DNA of 64,000 nucleotides from Patescibacteria group bacterium (GTDB taxonomy: Bacteria; Patescibacteriota; Patescibacteriia; SBBC01; CAIJZX01): positions 34,756-98,755 of the forward strand of contig JBBTRH010000002.1 of assembly GCA_038065275.1 (NCBI GenBank), read 5' to 3'. Positions 28,646-39,656 of this stretch are shown here, in pieces. The stretch's first letter is position 1. Each line of letters opens with the position of its first letter. The notes under the pieces are model-generated. The model was not told the DNA's origin and ran no database searches. It saw only the letters and a program-made list of their open reading frames with translations. The translations under genes and the position numbers were made by a program.

Positions 28646-29344
28646 ATGAACTTATTTTCACTGAATAGATTTCGTTCCGGCGTCAAATCACCAGCGATAT
28701 ATTATCCTGGTGGAAATTTCGAGGTAAATAACTGGACGTTGTCAACCTTCGTCGTCAAGAAACTTGTACCTATTGTTGGTACGCACCCATTCCCGGTGTC
28801 TGAACTCCTCTTGTTGGCCGGTGCGTTCTGTTGGACTGCCCCGACACACGTTTTTGATTGGGGGACACATATTGGTAAATCGGCTAGGATCTTTTATGAA
28901 ACCGGTCGTTATTTCCGAATACGATCTGAATTCCACTCAATTGATTTACCGAACCAGTCTGACCACCAAGAACATCCTGGTAAGCAGCGAGGTAGCTTAG
29001 TACGACACCTACCCTCGGTACACCTCCACACAGGTGATGGTGTGACGACAGCGCTATCTATTCTCAAACAATCGAAATTAGTATCCACCAGGCCATTATT
29101 CTTCCTTGATGGCGATCATAATTATGAAACCGTATATCGAGAGTTAACAAACATTTTATCCACCTACCCTCAGGCGCATTTGCTCGTCCACGATACTTTT
29201 GATCAAGCCAGTTCATCGGGCTACAATACTGGCCCACATAGAGCTGTCGTTGAACTCCTCCGACAACAACCCGAAGGCCATACGACGTTATCGGTCTCAA
29301 CGGGGCTACCCGGCATGACATTTCTTTACCCACGCCGACAATGA
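28646..29344 (+). CDS. putative O-methyltransferase (CmcI/TylF-like class I MTase)
   Basis: FFLDGDHNYETVYRELT block resembles macrocin/rhamnosyl O-MTase family; weak. Confidence 0.4.
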   Translation: MNLFSLNRFRSGVKSPAIYYPGGNFEVNNWTLSTFVVKKLVPIVGTHPFPVSELLLLAGAFCWTAPTHVFDWGTHIGKSARIFYETGRYFRIRSEFHSIDLPNQSDHQEHPGKQRGSLVRHLPSVHLHTGDGVTTALSILKQSKLVSTRPLFFLDGDHNYETVYRELTNILSTYPQAHLLVHDTFDQASSSGYNTGPHRAVVELLRQQPEGHTTLSVSTGLPGMTFLYPRRQ

Positions 29345-29357
29345 CAGTAGCGGGCAC

Positions 29358-30236
29358 ATGATTATCTCCCACATCATCGGCGGCACTGGAAACCAAATGT
29401 TTCAGTACGCCGTCGGTCGAGCACTAGCTTTACGTCTGGGCACTGAAGTCAAGGTTGATGTTACTGAATTCGCTCGCTATCCACTGCGAACGTACGACCT
29501 TCATAAATTCAATGTGCACACAGCCAAGGCGTCCGCACAAGAATTCCTCACATTACGCGGTCAGATAAATCAAGGACCTAGTAGTCGTCTACTTCAACGA
29601 CTCTTGCCGAGAATCTACCGGACCAAAACTGGGTACTACAAGGAACGCGGATTTACATTTGATACAAACGTACTGAACCTGCCCGATAATACTCTTTTAG
29701 AGGGATTCTGGCAGTCCGAAAAATACTTTACCGATGTAGCCGACACCATCCGTCAGGATTTCATGACTACCGAACCGCTTGATCCAGTAAACCAGCACCT
29801 GTACGACCAAATCAAAGGAACTATGGCCATTGCGGTCCATGTCCGTCGTGGGGATTATGTGACGAATTCAGTGACTAACGCCTTTCACGGTACCACACCG
29901 CTTGAATATTACCGCGCCGCCGTGCAGAAGATGACCGCCTACGTTCCGCAAGCGACGTTCTTCGTCTTTTCTGATGACCACCCATGGGTCCAGCAAAACC
30001 TGAAGTTCAATGCTCCTACCGTCTTCGTCACCGCCAACGACGCATCACGATCACACTTTGACCTTCACCTGATGCGTGCTTGCCAACACCACGTCCTGGC
30101 TAATAGCTCGTTCAGTTGGTGGGGAGCTTGGTTGGCCGAACATCCCACACAACACGTCATCGCCCCAGCACGTTGGTTTGCCAACATCTCGCTGGATACC
30201 AAGGACCTTATCCCTGACCGATGGGAGAAAATGTAA
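29358..30236 (+). CDS. alpha-1,2-fucosyltransferase (glycosyltransferase family 11)
   Basis: GT11 motifs: IIGGTGNQMFQYA, HVRRGDY, ANSSFSWWGAWL; collinear with H. pylori FutC. Confidence 0.9.
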   Translation: MIISHIIGGTGNQMFQYAVGRALALRLGTEVKVDVTEFARYPLRTYDLHKFNVHTAKASAQEFLTLRGQINQGPSSRLLQRLLPRIYRTKTGYYKERGFTFDTNVLNLPDNTLLEGFWQSEKYFTDVADTIRQDFMTTEPLDPVNQHLYDQIKGTMAIAVHVRRGDYVTNSVTNAFHGTTPLEYYRAAVQKMTAYVPQATFFVFSDDHPWVQQNLKFNAPTVFVTANDASRSHFDLHLMRACQHHVLANSSFSWWGAWLAEHPTQHVIAPARWFANISLDTKDLIPDRWEKM

Positions 30237-30395
30237 AGGTATTAGCGTTTACACCAGTGCGTACTGTTGGAGATTGTCCGACGTTGTGAAAATACTGACC
30301 ACGCTGTAGTATTCACCCCGCTACGGATAGACCGGGTACTATTTCGCAACGATGTCCGCGGACGCCCAACAGCTTCTCTCAATTGATCCCTCTCC

Positions 30396-31388
30396 ATGCA
30401 GTCATTCAACAATAAACGCGTACTCATCTTCGGTGGCCTCGGCTTGATCGGTAGTGGTGTAGCCCGGATGTGCATTGCCCAGGGGGCCAGTGTTACTATC
30501 GCAGACAACCGCGCGCCCATTTTTGGGGCCAACGATTTCAATCTTTCTGACCTTGATGGAAAATTCGAGTTACTGACCGGCGACGTCCGTGAACTCAATT
30601 TTGTCCAGCAAGCTGTACGCGATAAAGACTACGTTCTGAACTTCGCCGCACAAGTTGACCACGTTCGGAGTATCGAAGATCCGATACTTGATAACCAATT
30701 AAACTGTGTCGGCCACCTCAACGTACTACTAGCGTGTCGGGACATCAATCCAGATGCCATTCTATTCTACCCCGGTTCTCGCCTGCAGTATGGAAGTACG
30801 CCGACCCTGCCGGTAGCGGAATCACATCCCCGGCGACCGATCAGTCTCTACGCCATTCATAAAAACACCGCCGAACAATACTACCAAGTATTCTCTACGT
30901 ATCATGGCATTCGTTTAGTGTGTATACGAATTACAAACCCATATGGCCCACGTGCCCAGATGAAGAATCCACGCTACGGCTTAGTCAATTGGTTCGTCCG
31001 CCAAGCGTTGGATGGAAAGACAATCACGGTCTATGGCAATGGCCGCCAACAACGCGATTACATTTACATCGACGATTTGGTCGATGGCATACTTCAAGTT
31101 ATTGCCACCCCAAAATGTTTCGGTCACGTCTACAACCTGGGATCGGGACAAGGTACGAGATTCATTGATATGGCCAAGACGGTTGTGCAGGCGGTAGGGC
31201 AAGGTGAGGTCGTTTCAGTCCCTTGGCCAAAACAATTCGATACATCAGAGTCTGGCGATTTCTATGCCGATATCGCCGCCATCACTTCTGATACGACATG
31301 GACGCCCGTAACGAATCTATCGAGCGGTATTCAACAAACCGTCGAGTACTACCGTGTACACCGCGATAAGTACTGGACACGCGAGTAG
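30396..31388 (+). CDS. NAD-dependent epimerase/dehydratase (extended SDR)
   Basis: VLIFGGLGLIGS Rossmann motif; YAIHK catalytic YxxxK. Confidence 0.7.
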   Translation: MQSFNNKRVLIFGGLGLIGSGVARMCIAQGASVTIADNRAPIFGANDFNLSDLDGKFELLTGDVRELNFVQQAVRDKDYVLNFAAQVDHVRSIEDPILDNQLNCVGHLNVLLACRDINPDAILFYPGSRLQYGSTPTLPVAESHPRRPISLYAIHKNTAEQYYQVFSTYHGIRLVCIRITNPYGPRAQMKNPRYGLVNWFVRQALDGKTITVYGNGRQQRDYIYIDDLVDGILQVIATPKCFGHVYNLGSGQGTRFIDMAKTVVQAVGQGEVVSVPWPKQFDTSESGDFYADIAAITSDTTWTPVTNLSSGIQQTVEYYRVHRDKYWTRE

Positions 31389-31389
31389 T

Positions 31390-32559
31390 ATGAGAATCTT
31401 GCATTGTGTAGAATTTTATTACCCGTCCGTTGGTGGTGCACAAGAGGTGGTCCGTCAGATATCCGAACGTTTAGTTCAGCAAGGACACCAGGTGACTGTT
31501 GCTACCTCAACGAACGCCAACCGGACAGACTATGTACATCACGGTGTTTCGATCGTAGAATTTTCTGTCTCCGGAAATCAAGCCAATGGCTTACATGGAG
31601 AAGTCGAGCGGTACCAAGAGTTCGTTCGTAACGGATCGTTCGACGTCATCATGATCTACGCCGCTCAGCAATGGACTCTTGATTCACTCATTCCTGTATT
31701 GCCGTCGATCAGCACCCCACTTGTACTCGTCCCCTGCGGATTCTCTGGCCTGAACAATCCAGCATATCAAAAGTATTTCCTGTCCATGCCGTCATGGTTG
31801 ATATATTTTCGTAAACTGGTTTTCTTATCTGAGAGTTACCAGGATATAAAGTTTGTTCGTGAACACGGATACATGAATACAGTGTTAATCCCGAACGGCG
31901 CTGACGAGCATGAGTTTAATGATCCGCCACAAGACTTCCGGAAGAAATATGGTTTGAACGATGAATTCCTGCTCTTGACCGTCGGCGGACACACCGGTAT
32001 CAAAGGACATGCGTTTGCCATGCGAGCATTCACCAAAGCACGGATCAAAGATGCGACATTGCTCATCATTGGTAACACGCCGGTCGGTGGGGGCTGTAAA
32101 CGAAATTGTACCATCCTGGCGAACGTCTACAATTTCCACCCACGTAACATGTTGAAACACAAACGCATCGTCATTTTGGATCCGCCGCGGCATGATGTCG
32201 TTTCTGCTTTTTCAATGTCTAACCTCTTTATTTTACCGTCAAATATCGAAGCATCACCTCTAGTATTGTATGAATCAATGGCCGCAAAGCTTCCATTCAT
32301 CTCATTTGATGTCGGAAATACCCGAGAGATTGTCGATTGGTCGAATGGTGGTATCATTGCCAAGACCCGCAAACGCGCTGATGGGTTTGCCTTCGGTGAT
32401 CTCGCTGATTGTACACGACTGATCGAACTACTCTACCGCGACCCGGATGGTCGCCGTCAACTCGGCTTAAGTGGTCATGCGGCCTGGGAACGTTCCTTCA
32501 CGTTCGAGCGCCTGGCCAGCAAGTACGAGCAGTTGTATCATGAGATATTGGCCACTTAG
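31390..32559 (+). CDS. glycosyltransferase family 1
   Basis: Probable start MRILHCVEFYYPSVGGAQE (GT4 N-terminal signature); ORF 31354-32559. Confidence 0.6.
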   Translation: MRILHCVEFYYPSVGGAQEVVRQISERLVQQGHQVTVATSTNANRTDYVHHGVSIVEFSVSGNQANGLHGEVERYQEFVRNGSFDVIMIYAAQQWTLDSLIPVLPSISTPLVLVPCGFSGLNNPAYQKYFLSMPSWLIYFRKLVFLSESYQDIKFVREHGYMNTVLIPNGADEHEFNDPPQDFRKKYGLNDEFLLLTVGGHTGIKGHAFAMRAFTKARIKDATLLIIGNTPVGGGCKRNCTILANVYNFHPRNMLKHKRIVILDPPRHDVVSAFSMSNLFILPSNIEASPLVLYESMAAKLPFISFDVGNTREIVDWSNGGIIAKTRKRADGFAFGDLADCTRLIELLYRDPDGRRQLGLSGHAAWERSFTFERLASKYEQLYHEILAT

Positions 32560-33659
32560 GATTTCTTCAGTAAATTCAAGTAGGCCTTTCCCATCCGCAT
32601 CGCTCCGCCATCCCGTTGCATGTAGGTCAACGCCGCTTCTTTCATTACCGAAACATCCTGTCCGTTCTCAAGAACATGTTGCAGGGCATTTCGATACCGC
32701 TCAGGGGTATTCGGCTCGATCATTATCCCGCGCCCTTGTAGTAGCTCTGGTAATCCGCCAGCGGTACTTCCAATCACCAAAACGTTGTTCTGAAAAGCTT
32801 CGAGTACCGCGTAGGGCTGCCCCTCAGATCGAGAAGGTATGATGAGCACGTCGAGCCGTGAATAAATCTCGCCGGCATCGTTCAATGTGGGCTCGATCTG
32901 ACAATTGCTCATGTCTCGAACTTGTTCCCTGATCTGTTCTCCCAACGGACCGGTACCAAACAGGGTAAACGTGACGGGGAGATCTAAACACAATGCTGCT
33001 GTTTTTAGGAATATGTCAGGCCCCTTCTCATGGGAGAACCGGCCGACATATCCGACCGAGAGGTTATTCCGTCCACTTCGTAAGACTCGTTCGACTTGGA
33101 CCGGCGGTAGTCCGTTTGGTACCACGACTATTCTCGCATGTTGAATTCCGGCAGAGATAAGATTCTCCGCACAATACGAAGAAACGGAAATGTACATGGC
33201 CACCAGTGATTGGAGTAGACGGTGGAGTGTATAGATTATCGCAACAGTGAACTTCCGACTACCAGGCATATCACGTAAAGTCGAATGTACCACTACATAC
33301 AGTGCTGTTTTCCGGTACAAAGATGCGTAGCTGAAAAAGAACAAACTTTCATAAAGGTCATTTACTAGAATGTACCGTGTGTGAGCTGATTGGAGTAACC
33401 GGAAGAGACAAGGTTGCAGGTAGGCGTTATGAAAACTCGGCTCGTCGACAAAACGAACTTGAATCGACGGCAGTAAACCTTGAATGGCGGGCCGCAAATT
33501 CTTCGTGGTAATGACGACTAGTAGCACGTCGTGACCACCTCTCTGGAGTTCTGGCAACAGCGCCCGGAGGTACGCGAAATATCCGCCCTGAATACTTAAT
33601 AATCGAACGACGACGACCGTCTGATGTGGAGCACGATTGTTCATGGTCGTCGAGTCCAT
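32556..33659 (-). CDS. glycosyltransferase family 1 (GT4-type)
   Basis: LVIGSTAGGLPELL block; start uncertain (ORF extends to 33740). Confidence 0.65.
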   Translation of the reverse strand: MDSTTMNNRAPHQTVVVVRLLSIQGGYFAYLRALLPELQRGGHDVLLVVITTKNLRPAIQGLLPSIQVRFVDEPSFHNAYLQPCLFRLLQSAHTRYILVNDLYESLFFFSYASLYRKTALYVVVHSTLRDMPGSRKFTVAIIYTLHRLLQSLVAMYISVSSYCAENLISAGIQHARIVVVPNGLPPVQVERVLRSGRNNLSVGYVGRFSHEKGPDIFLKTAALCLDLPVTFTLFGTGPLGEQIREQVRDMSNCQIEPTLNDAGEIYSRLDVLIIPSRSEGQPYAVLEAFQNNVLVIGSTAGGLPELLQGRGIMIEPNTPERYRNALQHVLENGQDVSVMKEAALTYMQRDGGAMRMGKAYLNLLKKS

Positions 33660-34606
33660 AATCTTCCCCACATTCGGGTCAGGTATGTTTGCGGACCGAG
33701 GCACAGACTCCGGAGGAAGAGTCGACTGGCTGGCAAACAACGGCCCTGATGCACGAGGATCCAGGCCAAGCGATAGAGATGGTATTGATACTCTGCACGC
33801 CGTAGGGCCGGCAGTCGCGTACCGTAATTAGACCAGTTCTCACGGGTTGGGTACCGTGTCTGTAAAAGGTGTCGCATGTTTTTTTCAATCAACTCCACCT
33901 TTTCGTTCTCCGTGAACACCCTGCTGATAACAGCGGACGTTTCCTTTGACATTACCTCTTGGTGCTGACCGCTCACGCTCGATGGATGATCCATCCAGAC
34001 ATACAAAGGTTCGGCTAAATTGGCTATTTCAGTCACTCGAGAACACCGCAACCACAGATCGAAATCCTCGTAATGTGTTGCTTGGGCTCGGTAGGTTAAA
34101 CCATTCTCCCGCAGAACAGAGCCCCGGATCATTACCGTGCCATGTCCCAACGGGTTTCGATACAAGAGTTGCAAATGTACATCGGCCGGATCGAGCAGCG
34201 ACGGGTAGATCGAAGTGTAGTGTCCCGTTGCATTCATAACATAATATGTCGTCCCGACTATACCGCAACGAGGATGATTCTCCAAATAGTTGATTTGCTT
34301 CTCCAAGCGCTGCGGTAAGGAAATATCATCTACGTCCATACGGGCAATGAATTGCCCTCGGCTCGCTCGTAGTCCTTCGTTCAGTGCTGCCACGATCCCC
34401 TGGTGAGGTAATCGCTTCAGCACTATCCTGGGATCGGGAAATTCCTGGCTGACTATTTCTTTGGTCCGATCTGTCGAACCATCATCAAGAATTATTAACT
34501 CGAAGTCCTGGAATGTTTGGGACAGTGCGCTCTGGATCGATGTCCGAATGTACTGTTCCCCATTCCAGACCGGAAGGAGAACTGAGATTACTGGTTCACG
34601 TCTCAT
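33641..34606 (-). CDS. glycosyltransferase family 2
   Basis: ISVLLPVWNGEQYIRTSIQSALSQTFQDFELIILDDGSTD. Confidence 0.75.
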   Translation of the reverse strand: MRREPVISVLLPVWNGEQYIRTSIQSALSQTFQDFELIILDDGSTDRTKEIVSQEFPDPRIVLKRLPHQGIVAALNEGLRASRGQFIARMDVDDISLPQRLEKQINYLENHPRCGIVGTTYYVMNATGHYTSIYPSLLDPADVHLQLLYRNPLGHGTVMIRGSVLRENGLTYRAQATHYEDFDLWLRCSRVTEIANLAEPLYVWMDHPSSVSGQHQEVMSKETSAVISRVFTENEKVELIEKNMRHLLQTRYPTRENWSNYGTRLPALRRAEYQYHLYRLAWILVHQGRCLPASRLFLRSLCLGPQTYLTRMWGRLWTRRP

Positions 34607-35402
34607 AGTGTTTACGAACCATTTCAATCCGGTGGTTAATGTCAAGTTTAGCGTACGTTACCGCCAACCCGCGAAGGAAATAAAACGTCTGGAGCAGGCG
34701 TAAGCCAAGACCGCTGGAATATCTCCGTTGCAATCGAAATGCTTCATGAATGTGTTCGATCCCTCGAGTAGAACTCTTTGTGTCCATGTAATATCGGGCG
34801 TCGGAAATAATCCACGGCAGAATCGTAGGTCCACAGTTTTCGGCCATGCGTAACCAAAGATCATAATCCATGGCCAAGTGTAAATCTTTGTTGAGAATCC
34901 CGACTCGAAAGAGGAAGTCGCGCCGATAGATACAGCTAGGTTGCATGATGTTACATATGACCTGCAACCGCCGATGGGAATAGGCGGTTGGTTGAATCGT
35001 CTTGTAGATTCGTCGGTCAATATCAACGTACCGCCAGCCCCCATATCCCCAGTTTGGATGATCCGGTGCGGCAAATCGTTCGATGACTTTTTTCACTACC
35101 CCCGGCTCGAGATAATCATCGGAATTGAGATAGGTGAGAATGTCACCGGTAGCTAATGTGAAACCTTTATTGATCGCGTCCGACTGACCCTCATCTGGTT
35201 CGGAAATATTGATGATCCGATACCCTTGATGCTTAAGTTTCGGAGTGTATTCCTGTATGACGGACGGGGTTTTGTCGGTAGACCCGCCATCCATGATGAG
35301 TATTTCAAGATCGATGCCCCCATCTTGCTGCAAGAGTGATTCCAGGGTCTGGCTGATGAATTTGCCTTGATTCAAGGTGGGAACAACGATGGAAAGGCGC
35401 AT
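34596..35402 (-). CDS. glycosyltransferase family 2
   Basis: LSIVVPTLNQGKFISQTLESLLQQ...LIMDGGSTD. Confidence 0.75.
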   Translation of the reverse strand: MRLSIVVPTLNQGKFISQTLESLLQQDGGIDLEILIMDGGSTDKTPSVIQEYTPKLKHQGYRIINISEPDEGQSDAINKGFTLATGDILTYLNSDDYLEPGVVKKVIERFAAPDHPNWGYGGWRYVDIDRRIYKTIQPTAYSHRRLQVICNIMQPSCIYRRDFLFRVGILNKDLHLAMDYDLWLRMAENCGPTILPWIISDARYYMDTKSSTRGIEHIHEAFRLQRRYSSGLGLRLLQTFYFLRGLAVTYAKLDINHRIEMVRKHYET

Positions 35403-35476
35403 ACGTTACAGAGCTCTACGTTTGAATAAGGTGATTGCGACGGCAGACCAATCATGGTAGCACGGAATACAGTATC

Positions 35477-36985
35477 TCATGGCGAACGCGGTCGAGAAAG
35501 GGGTCGGTACACTTCGGCTGACTGATTAGCGTATTCCAAAGTAAATCTGTTCGTCGCTTTGACGAGCCGACTGAGTTCGCTGAATTTTTTTCCGTCGATA
35601 TCACCGATCGTAATAAATAACATAGAGATATCGTTGTCTGCCAGCCAGTTCGCGTCGGTCAGTACACCACGACTTATGTCTTGGTGTATAAAAAGGCGGT
35701 TAGAAATAGAAACATCAAACGGCGCGATTTCTGAAATATTTCCCAGCACAATACTGCCTACCGTCGAGTTATCTTTTATGAATTTGAGGGCAGCAACTTG
35801 GTCGGGCCCTACGAAATTCGTATGAGCGGCAACGTACGAATTCGTCTGCACCGCATAGATAACAGCTTGGGATAATATGATACATACGATTAACGGCCTA
35901 AGGAACTTGCTCATCCTAGTTGTACACAGAATATAATGCAGCCCGATTACTACAACAATGATCAATCCGGGCCAGACCATATACAAGAAACGACCGTAGT
36001 AGAAATAGATTCCTAGATATGCGAGTAAGGTCAGTGATATCCCGACCAGGGTCCAGACTACTGCCGGACTGAGGATCCGCGTTGAACTCCTCTTCTTCAT
36101 GGTTCTCAGGAGATAGACGAATGCAAACAAGAACAAGACAATATTGATTTCGCGGAGGTTGGTAATATATTGCTCAAAGACAATTTTTTGTGCAAACCTA
36201 TCACCCGAAATGGCATCGCTGTTGTGATAATTGTAGATGATCATCGATCGTACTATCGGAACCAGCTTCATCAGCGCACCCGCAACGAGAACCCCGATCA
36301 GCAACATGATTTTTTTATTTATTGGTTTGAGTAGCGACCACCATGAGCTGGCGCGAAGACCGACAATGATCATCATGGCGACCACGAAATAGATGAACGA
36401 CAATGATCGGTGAGTGAAGTAGAGACTGACTAAAACAATAACCAGCACCGACCATGATCGAGGTCGTATCGGGAGGCAATAGAATGTTAGAGCGACCAGC
36501 AGGATGTTGATGAACCCCAGAAAATTTGCGATGGTAGAGCTGTTAAATAAGAAAAACAATCCATAAAAATTTAATCCAAGAACCGTCCCTACTACTTGAA
36601 TTGCCTGACTACCAGTACTTCGACCAATGACGATACCAAGCAACACGAGCATTTCCATGACCAGGATCATTTGGAGGGTAGAAAAGAGGGGGTACTCGAT
36701 GTCCAAACCGGTCAGACGGTTCAACACAACCAATAACAAGCTGTTGACCGGACTTTCATACATCGGTCTTCGAACATAGGCGTTGTTGTTGTCCGTCGGC
36801 AACCGTCCGCCGTGGTTAAGAATGAACCGAGCATCGAGTATGTACACACTTGAATCACCTCCGGGTGGTGTACCGGCCTTGAGACTCAAACCAAAGATAG
36901 TCGCAATGAGCGCGATGCTGCACACCAACACCGCCCCGAAAAGCCAATTGGATGGTGTTTGTCGATGGTTATGAATACTGTTCAT
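35477..36985 (-). CDS. polytopic membrane protein with C-terminal soluble domain (candidate GT-C-like transferase or polymerase)
   Basis: 502 aa, at least 10 hydrophobic helices followed by about 120-aa hydrophilic tail; no catalytic motif recognised. Confidence 0.4.
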   Translation of the reverse strand: MNSIHNHRQTPSNWLFGAVLVCSIALIATIFGLSLKAGTPPGGDSSVYILDARFILNHGGRLPTDNNNAYVRRPMYESPVNSLLLVVLNRLTGLDIEYPLFSTLQMILVMEMLVLLGIVIGRSTGSQAIQVVGTVLGLNFYGLFFLFNSSTIANFLGFINILLVALTFYCLPIRPRSWSVLVIVLVSLYFTHRSLSFIYFVVAMMIIVGLRASSWWSLLKPINKKIMLLIGVLVAGALMKLVPIVRSMIIYNYHNSDAISGDRFAQKIVFEQYITNLREINIVLFLFAFVYLLRTMKKRSSTRILSPAVVWTLVGISLTLLAYLGIYFYYGRFLYMVWPGLIIVVVIGLHYILCTTRMSKFLRPLIVCIILSQAVIYAVQTNSYVAAHTNFVGPDQVAALKFIKDNSTVGSIVLGNISEIAPFDVSISNRLFIHQDISRGVLTDANWLADNDISMLFITIGDIDGKKFSELSRLVKATNRFTLEYANQSAEVYRPLSRPRSP

Positions 36986-38087
36986 AGACCTTCAATGTCT
37001 GCCGAGCACATCGTTCCCAAGAGTATTTTTGTATTTCAATATCACGGGCCGCGATAAGATCACCCCTTTTCACTTCGGTATTGACCGTCCGCATCGCTTC
37101 GGTACAGAGCTCATGACGATGAGGATCGAAATACAGGGCTGCTGGCCCGGCAATTTCCCGGATTACTGGAATGTCTGAACAAATAATCGGGCACCGACAG
37201 GCCATCGCCTCGACAACTGGCAAGCCAAATCCTTCGTGCCACGATGGGAAGATCAGGGCCCGTGCATTCGCATAGAAAAAGGGTAAGTCAATGTCTTCGA
37301 CTTTTGCCAGCCACCGAATATCGTCCGCAAATGGAGACGTTTTCATCGCTTGTTCGATGGCCTGATATTTCCATCCTAAACGTCCGATGATGAAGAGTTG
37401 GGCCATCGATCCGCCGTGACGATAATCGTTGAAGGCGGCGATCAATGTGGTTAAGTTTTTTCGCGGTTCGATGGTACCCACGAAAAGAAAATATGGGGTA
37501 TCGATGTGATACCGTTTGAGAAAATCCTGGTTATTCTGTGAATCGAGTTCCAGCGGATGGAAACGTTCGGGGTCGTGCGCCAATGTCGTCACATGAATCT
37601 TACGAGCATCGACGTGATACTGCTCGACGATCTCGCGTTTACTCGTTTCACTGATAGTGATGATTGCGTCGAGGTTATTGAGGATCAGACGAACACCGAT
37701 GGTGTTGCGCCACCGGTTGGCAGTGGTCACGAACTGCGGATAGCGCATGGGTGATAGATCGTAGATTGTTTCTATCGCCACATACGGCTGTGCGGAAAAG
37801 AACGGTCCAACTTGAGCTAAGTCATGGACCACATCGAAATTGTATTGCCGAAGCGCCCGACCAAGGGTGATTTTTCGTAGCTCGCGACCGAGCGGAACGT
37901 GCGGTGACGGAATAACAATATGTTGGATGTGACCACGGTAGAGTTCATCGTCAATCTCCTTCTCGTGGATGAGGACATACTCATTCTTCCTATCAACCTT
38001 GGTCAAATTTGTAACCAGGTTCCGGATATACCGTCCGATCCCGGCGGCCTGATAATCCAGTGAATCTGTGATTAATCCAATTTTCAT
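36969..38087 (-). CDS. glycosyltransferase family 1
   Basis: GT4 C-terminal block PSWHEGFGLPVVEAMACRCPIICSDIPVIREI. Confidence 0.7.
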   Translation of the reverse strand: MKIGLITDSLDYQAAGIGRYIRNLVTNLTKVDRKNEYVLIHEKEIDDELYRGHIQHIVIPSPHVPLGRELRKITLGRALRQYNFDVVHDLAQVGPFFSAQPYVAIETIYDLSPMRYPQFVTTANRWRNTIGVRLILNNLDAIITISETSKREIVEQYHVDARKIHVTTLAHDPERFHPLELDSQNNQDFLKRYHIDTPYFLFVGTIEPRKNLTTLIAAFNDYRHGGSMAQLFIIGRLGWKYQAIEQAMKTSPFADDIRWLAKVEDIDLPFFYANARALIFPSWHEGFGLPVVEAMACRCPIICSDIPVIREIAGPAALYFDPHRHELCTEAMRTVNTEVKRGDLIAARDIEIQKYSWERCARQTLKVYEQYS

Positions 38088-38115
38088 GTGGGGATGGTCA
38101 AGCTGGTCACGAATA

Positions 38116-38472
38116 TCATTTCTTTCGGTTCCGGTGCATCACACGTCCAGTGACAATACCAAGCGCCGCCATCACCACGACCGTGACAACGGCCGATTCG
38201 ACTGAGATACCGATACCCAATTTATTTTCGAATAAGATGGTCAACGGCATCACCACGACTGACAGTGCGATCGATATGACACAGCGTTCAAACAAGGTGA
38301 CGCTCCGATTCTCCCAAAGCACAAAACTCCAGACGTACCCTGGCAGGAATAGGATGGCGGTAAAGCCACCGACGATTCGCAGGGACTCGAATGGTGGATA
38401 CCAGCGTAATAGAACCAGAACTGCACAGAGTAGAACGGATGTGAGCACGATGAGTTGTTTGGGGAGCGTCAT
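38116..38472 (-). CDS. small hypothetical membrane protein
   Basis: 118 aa, 3-4 hydrophobic helices. Confidence 0.3.
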   Translation of the reverse strand: MTLPKQLIVLTSVLLCAVLVLLRWYPPFESLRIVGGFTAILFLPGYVWSFVLWENRSVTLFERCVISIALSVVVMPLTILFENKLGIGISVESAVVTVVVMAALGIVTGRVMHRNRKK

Positions 38473-38476
38473 ACAA

Positions 38477-39652
38477 TTACTTCAACCGGTGGGTAGTGCC
38501 CGTGTTCGCTTCCATGGTTGTCACCGGCCGACGGTCGATTACCTCGGAATAGATACGGACAAAATTTGCAATCGTGTTCTCCCAAGGAAATGTTTTTCTC
38601 GGCAGGTGAAGCCACTGACCTTGTGACGCCGCGATGATGGCTTGGGCACATGCTCGGATATCACCTGGCGAAAAGAATACTACCCGTCCCGAAACAACTT
38701 CCGGCAATGAAGCGGCCTGACTCACCACGACCGACTGCCCAAGCAAACAGGCCTCGGCGGCACTAAAACCAAACCCTTCGGAAAGGGATGGGACGATGAC
38801 GGTATCGGCCGCGAGAATATGGCTCGCCAACTGGTCCCTAGGACACGACGGTACTATCGTCACCTGCTCCTGCAGGTGGAGCTCCTGGAGCAGATGAATG
38901 ATCTGCTGATAACGATCGAGCGGATTCTTCGAGAGCTGCAGGACGAATTTCAGGTTTGGACGTTCACGAATAGCCAGGGCGAAACCTTGCACCGCAATCT
39001 CGATCCCTTTCGCCCATCCTGGGCGGCCAAAATACAGCAGCACGAAGTCCGTCGTTTCCGTCCGCCACTCGCGCCTGATCGTTTCTCGAGTGATGGTTGG
39101 ATCGGCGGCCGGAATTGCTACTCCGTGGTAAACGACTTCTGGATGGTACTTTGGATTAGCCCGCTTGACCGCCTCAGCGGTGTGCTGCGACCCGACGACC
39201 ACTCTGGCATACGGCAAGCTGTAGATGAACCGTTCATACAGCCCATGGAGCCACGCGGACCACCATGGCATGCTGGGTAACATTCGCCACAGATCAATCC
39301 AAACCTCCTGGATGGAAAGTACTACGGGACGGCGAAATACGGTGGCCACCAGCCAGCCAGGCCAAGCCGCATTATACGTCGTCGTATGAACTACGTCTGC
39401 TTTCCGAATAGCCGGCCAGATGAACAGCGGAGCGAAGAAAGTGAAGAAATATCGCTGACCAATAGGCGGAACCGACAAACGGATGATCCTAACGCCGCTG
39501 CGCGTTTCGTTTCGTAGGGTATTTGGTAGGCGCGATGTATAGACCACAACCGAGTGGCCGAGCTTGACCATCGCTTCGGCGACGGTCTGGAACAGTGTTT
39601 CTACGCCACCAACGTGCGGGTAGTAGTACTCGAGGACGTAGACTATCTTCAC
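38477..39652 (-). CDS. glycosyltransferase family 1
   Basis: MKIVYVLEYYYPHVGGVE; C-terminal PSLSEGFGFSAAEACLLGQSVVVS. Confidence 0.7.
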   Translation of the reverse strand: MKIVYVLEYYYPHVGGVETLFQTVAEAMVKLGHSVVVYTSRLPNTLRNETRSGVRIIRLSVPPIGQRYFFTFFAPLFIWPAIRKADVVHTTTYNAAWPGWLVATVFRRPVVLSIQEVWIDLWRMLPSMPWWSAWLHGLYERFIYSLPYARVVVGSQHTAEAVKRANPKYHPEVVYHGVAIPAADPTITRETIRREWRTETTDFVLLYFGRPGWAKGIEIAVQGFALAIRERPNLKFVLQLSKNPLDRYQQIIHLLQELHLQEQVTIVPSCPRDQLASHILAADTVIVPSLSEGFGFSAAEACLLGQSVVVSQAASLPEVVSGRVVFFSPGDIRACAQAIIAASQGQWLHLPRKTFPWENTIANFVRIYSEVIDRRPVTTMEANTGTTHRLK

Positions 39653-39656
39653 TGCC

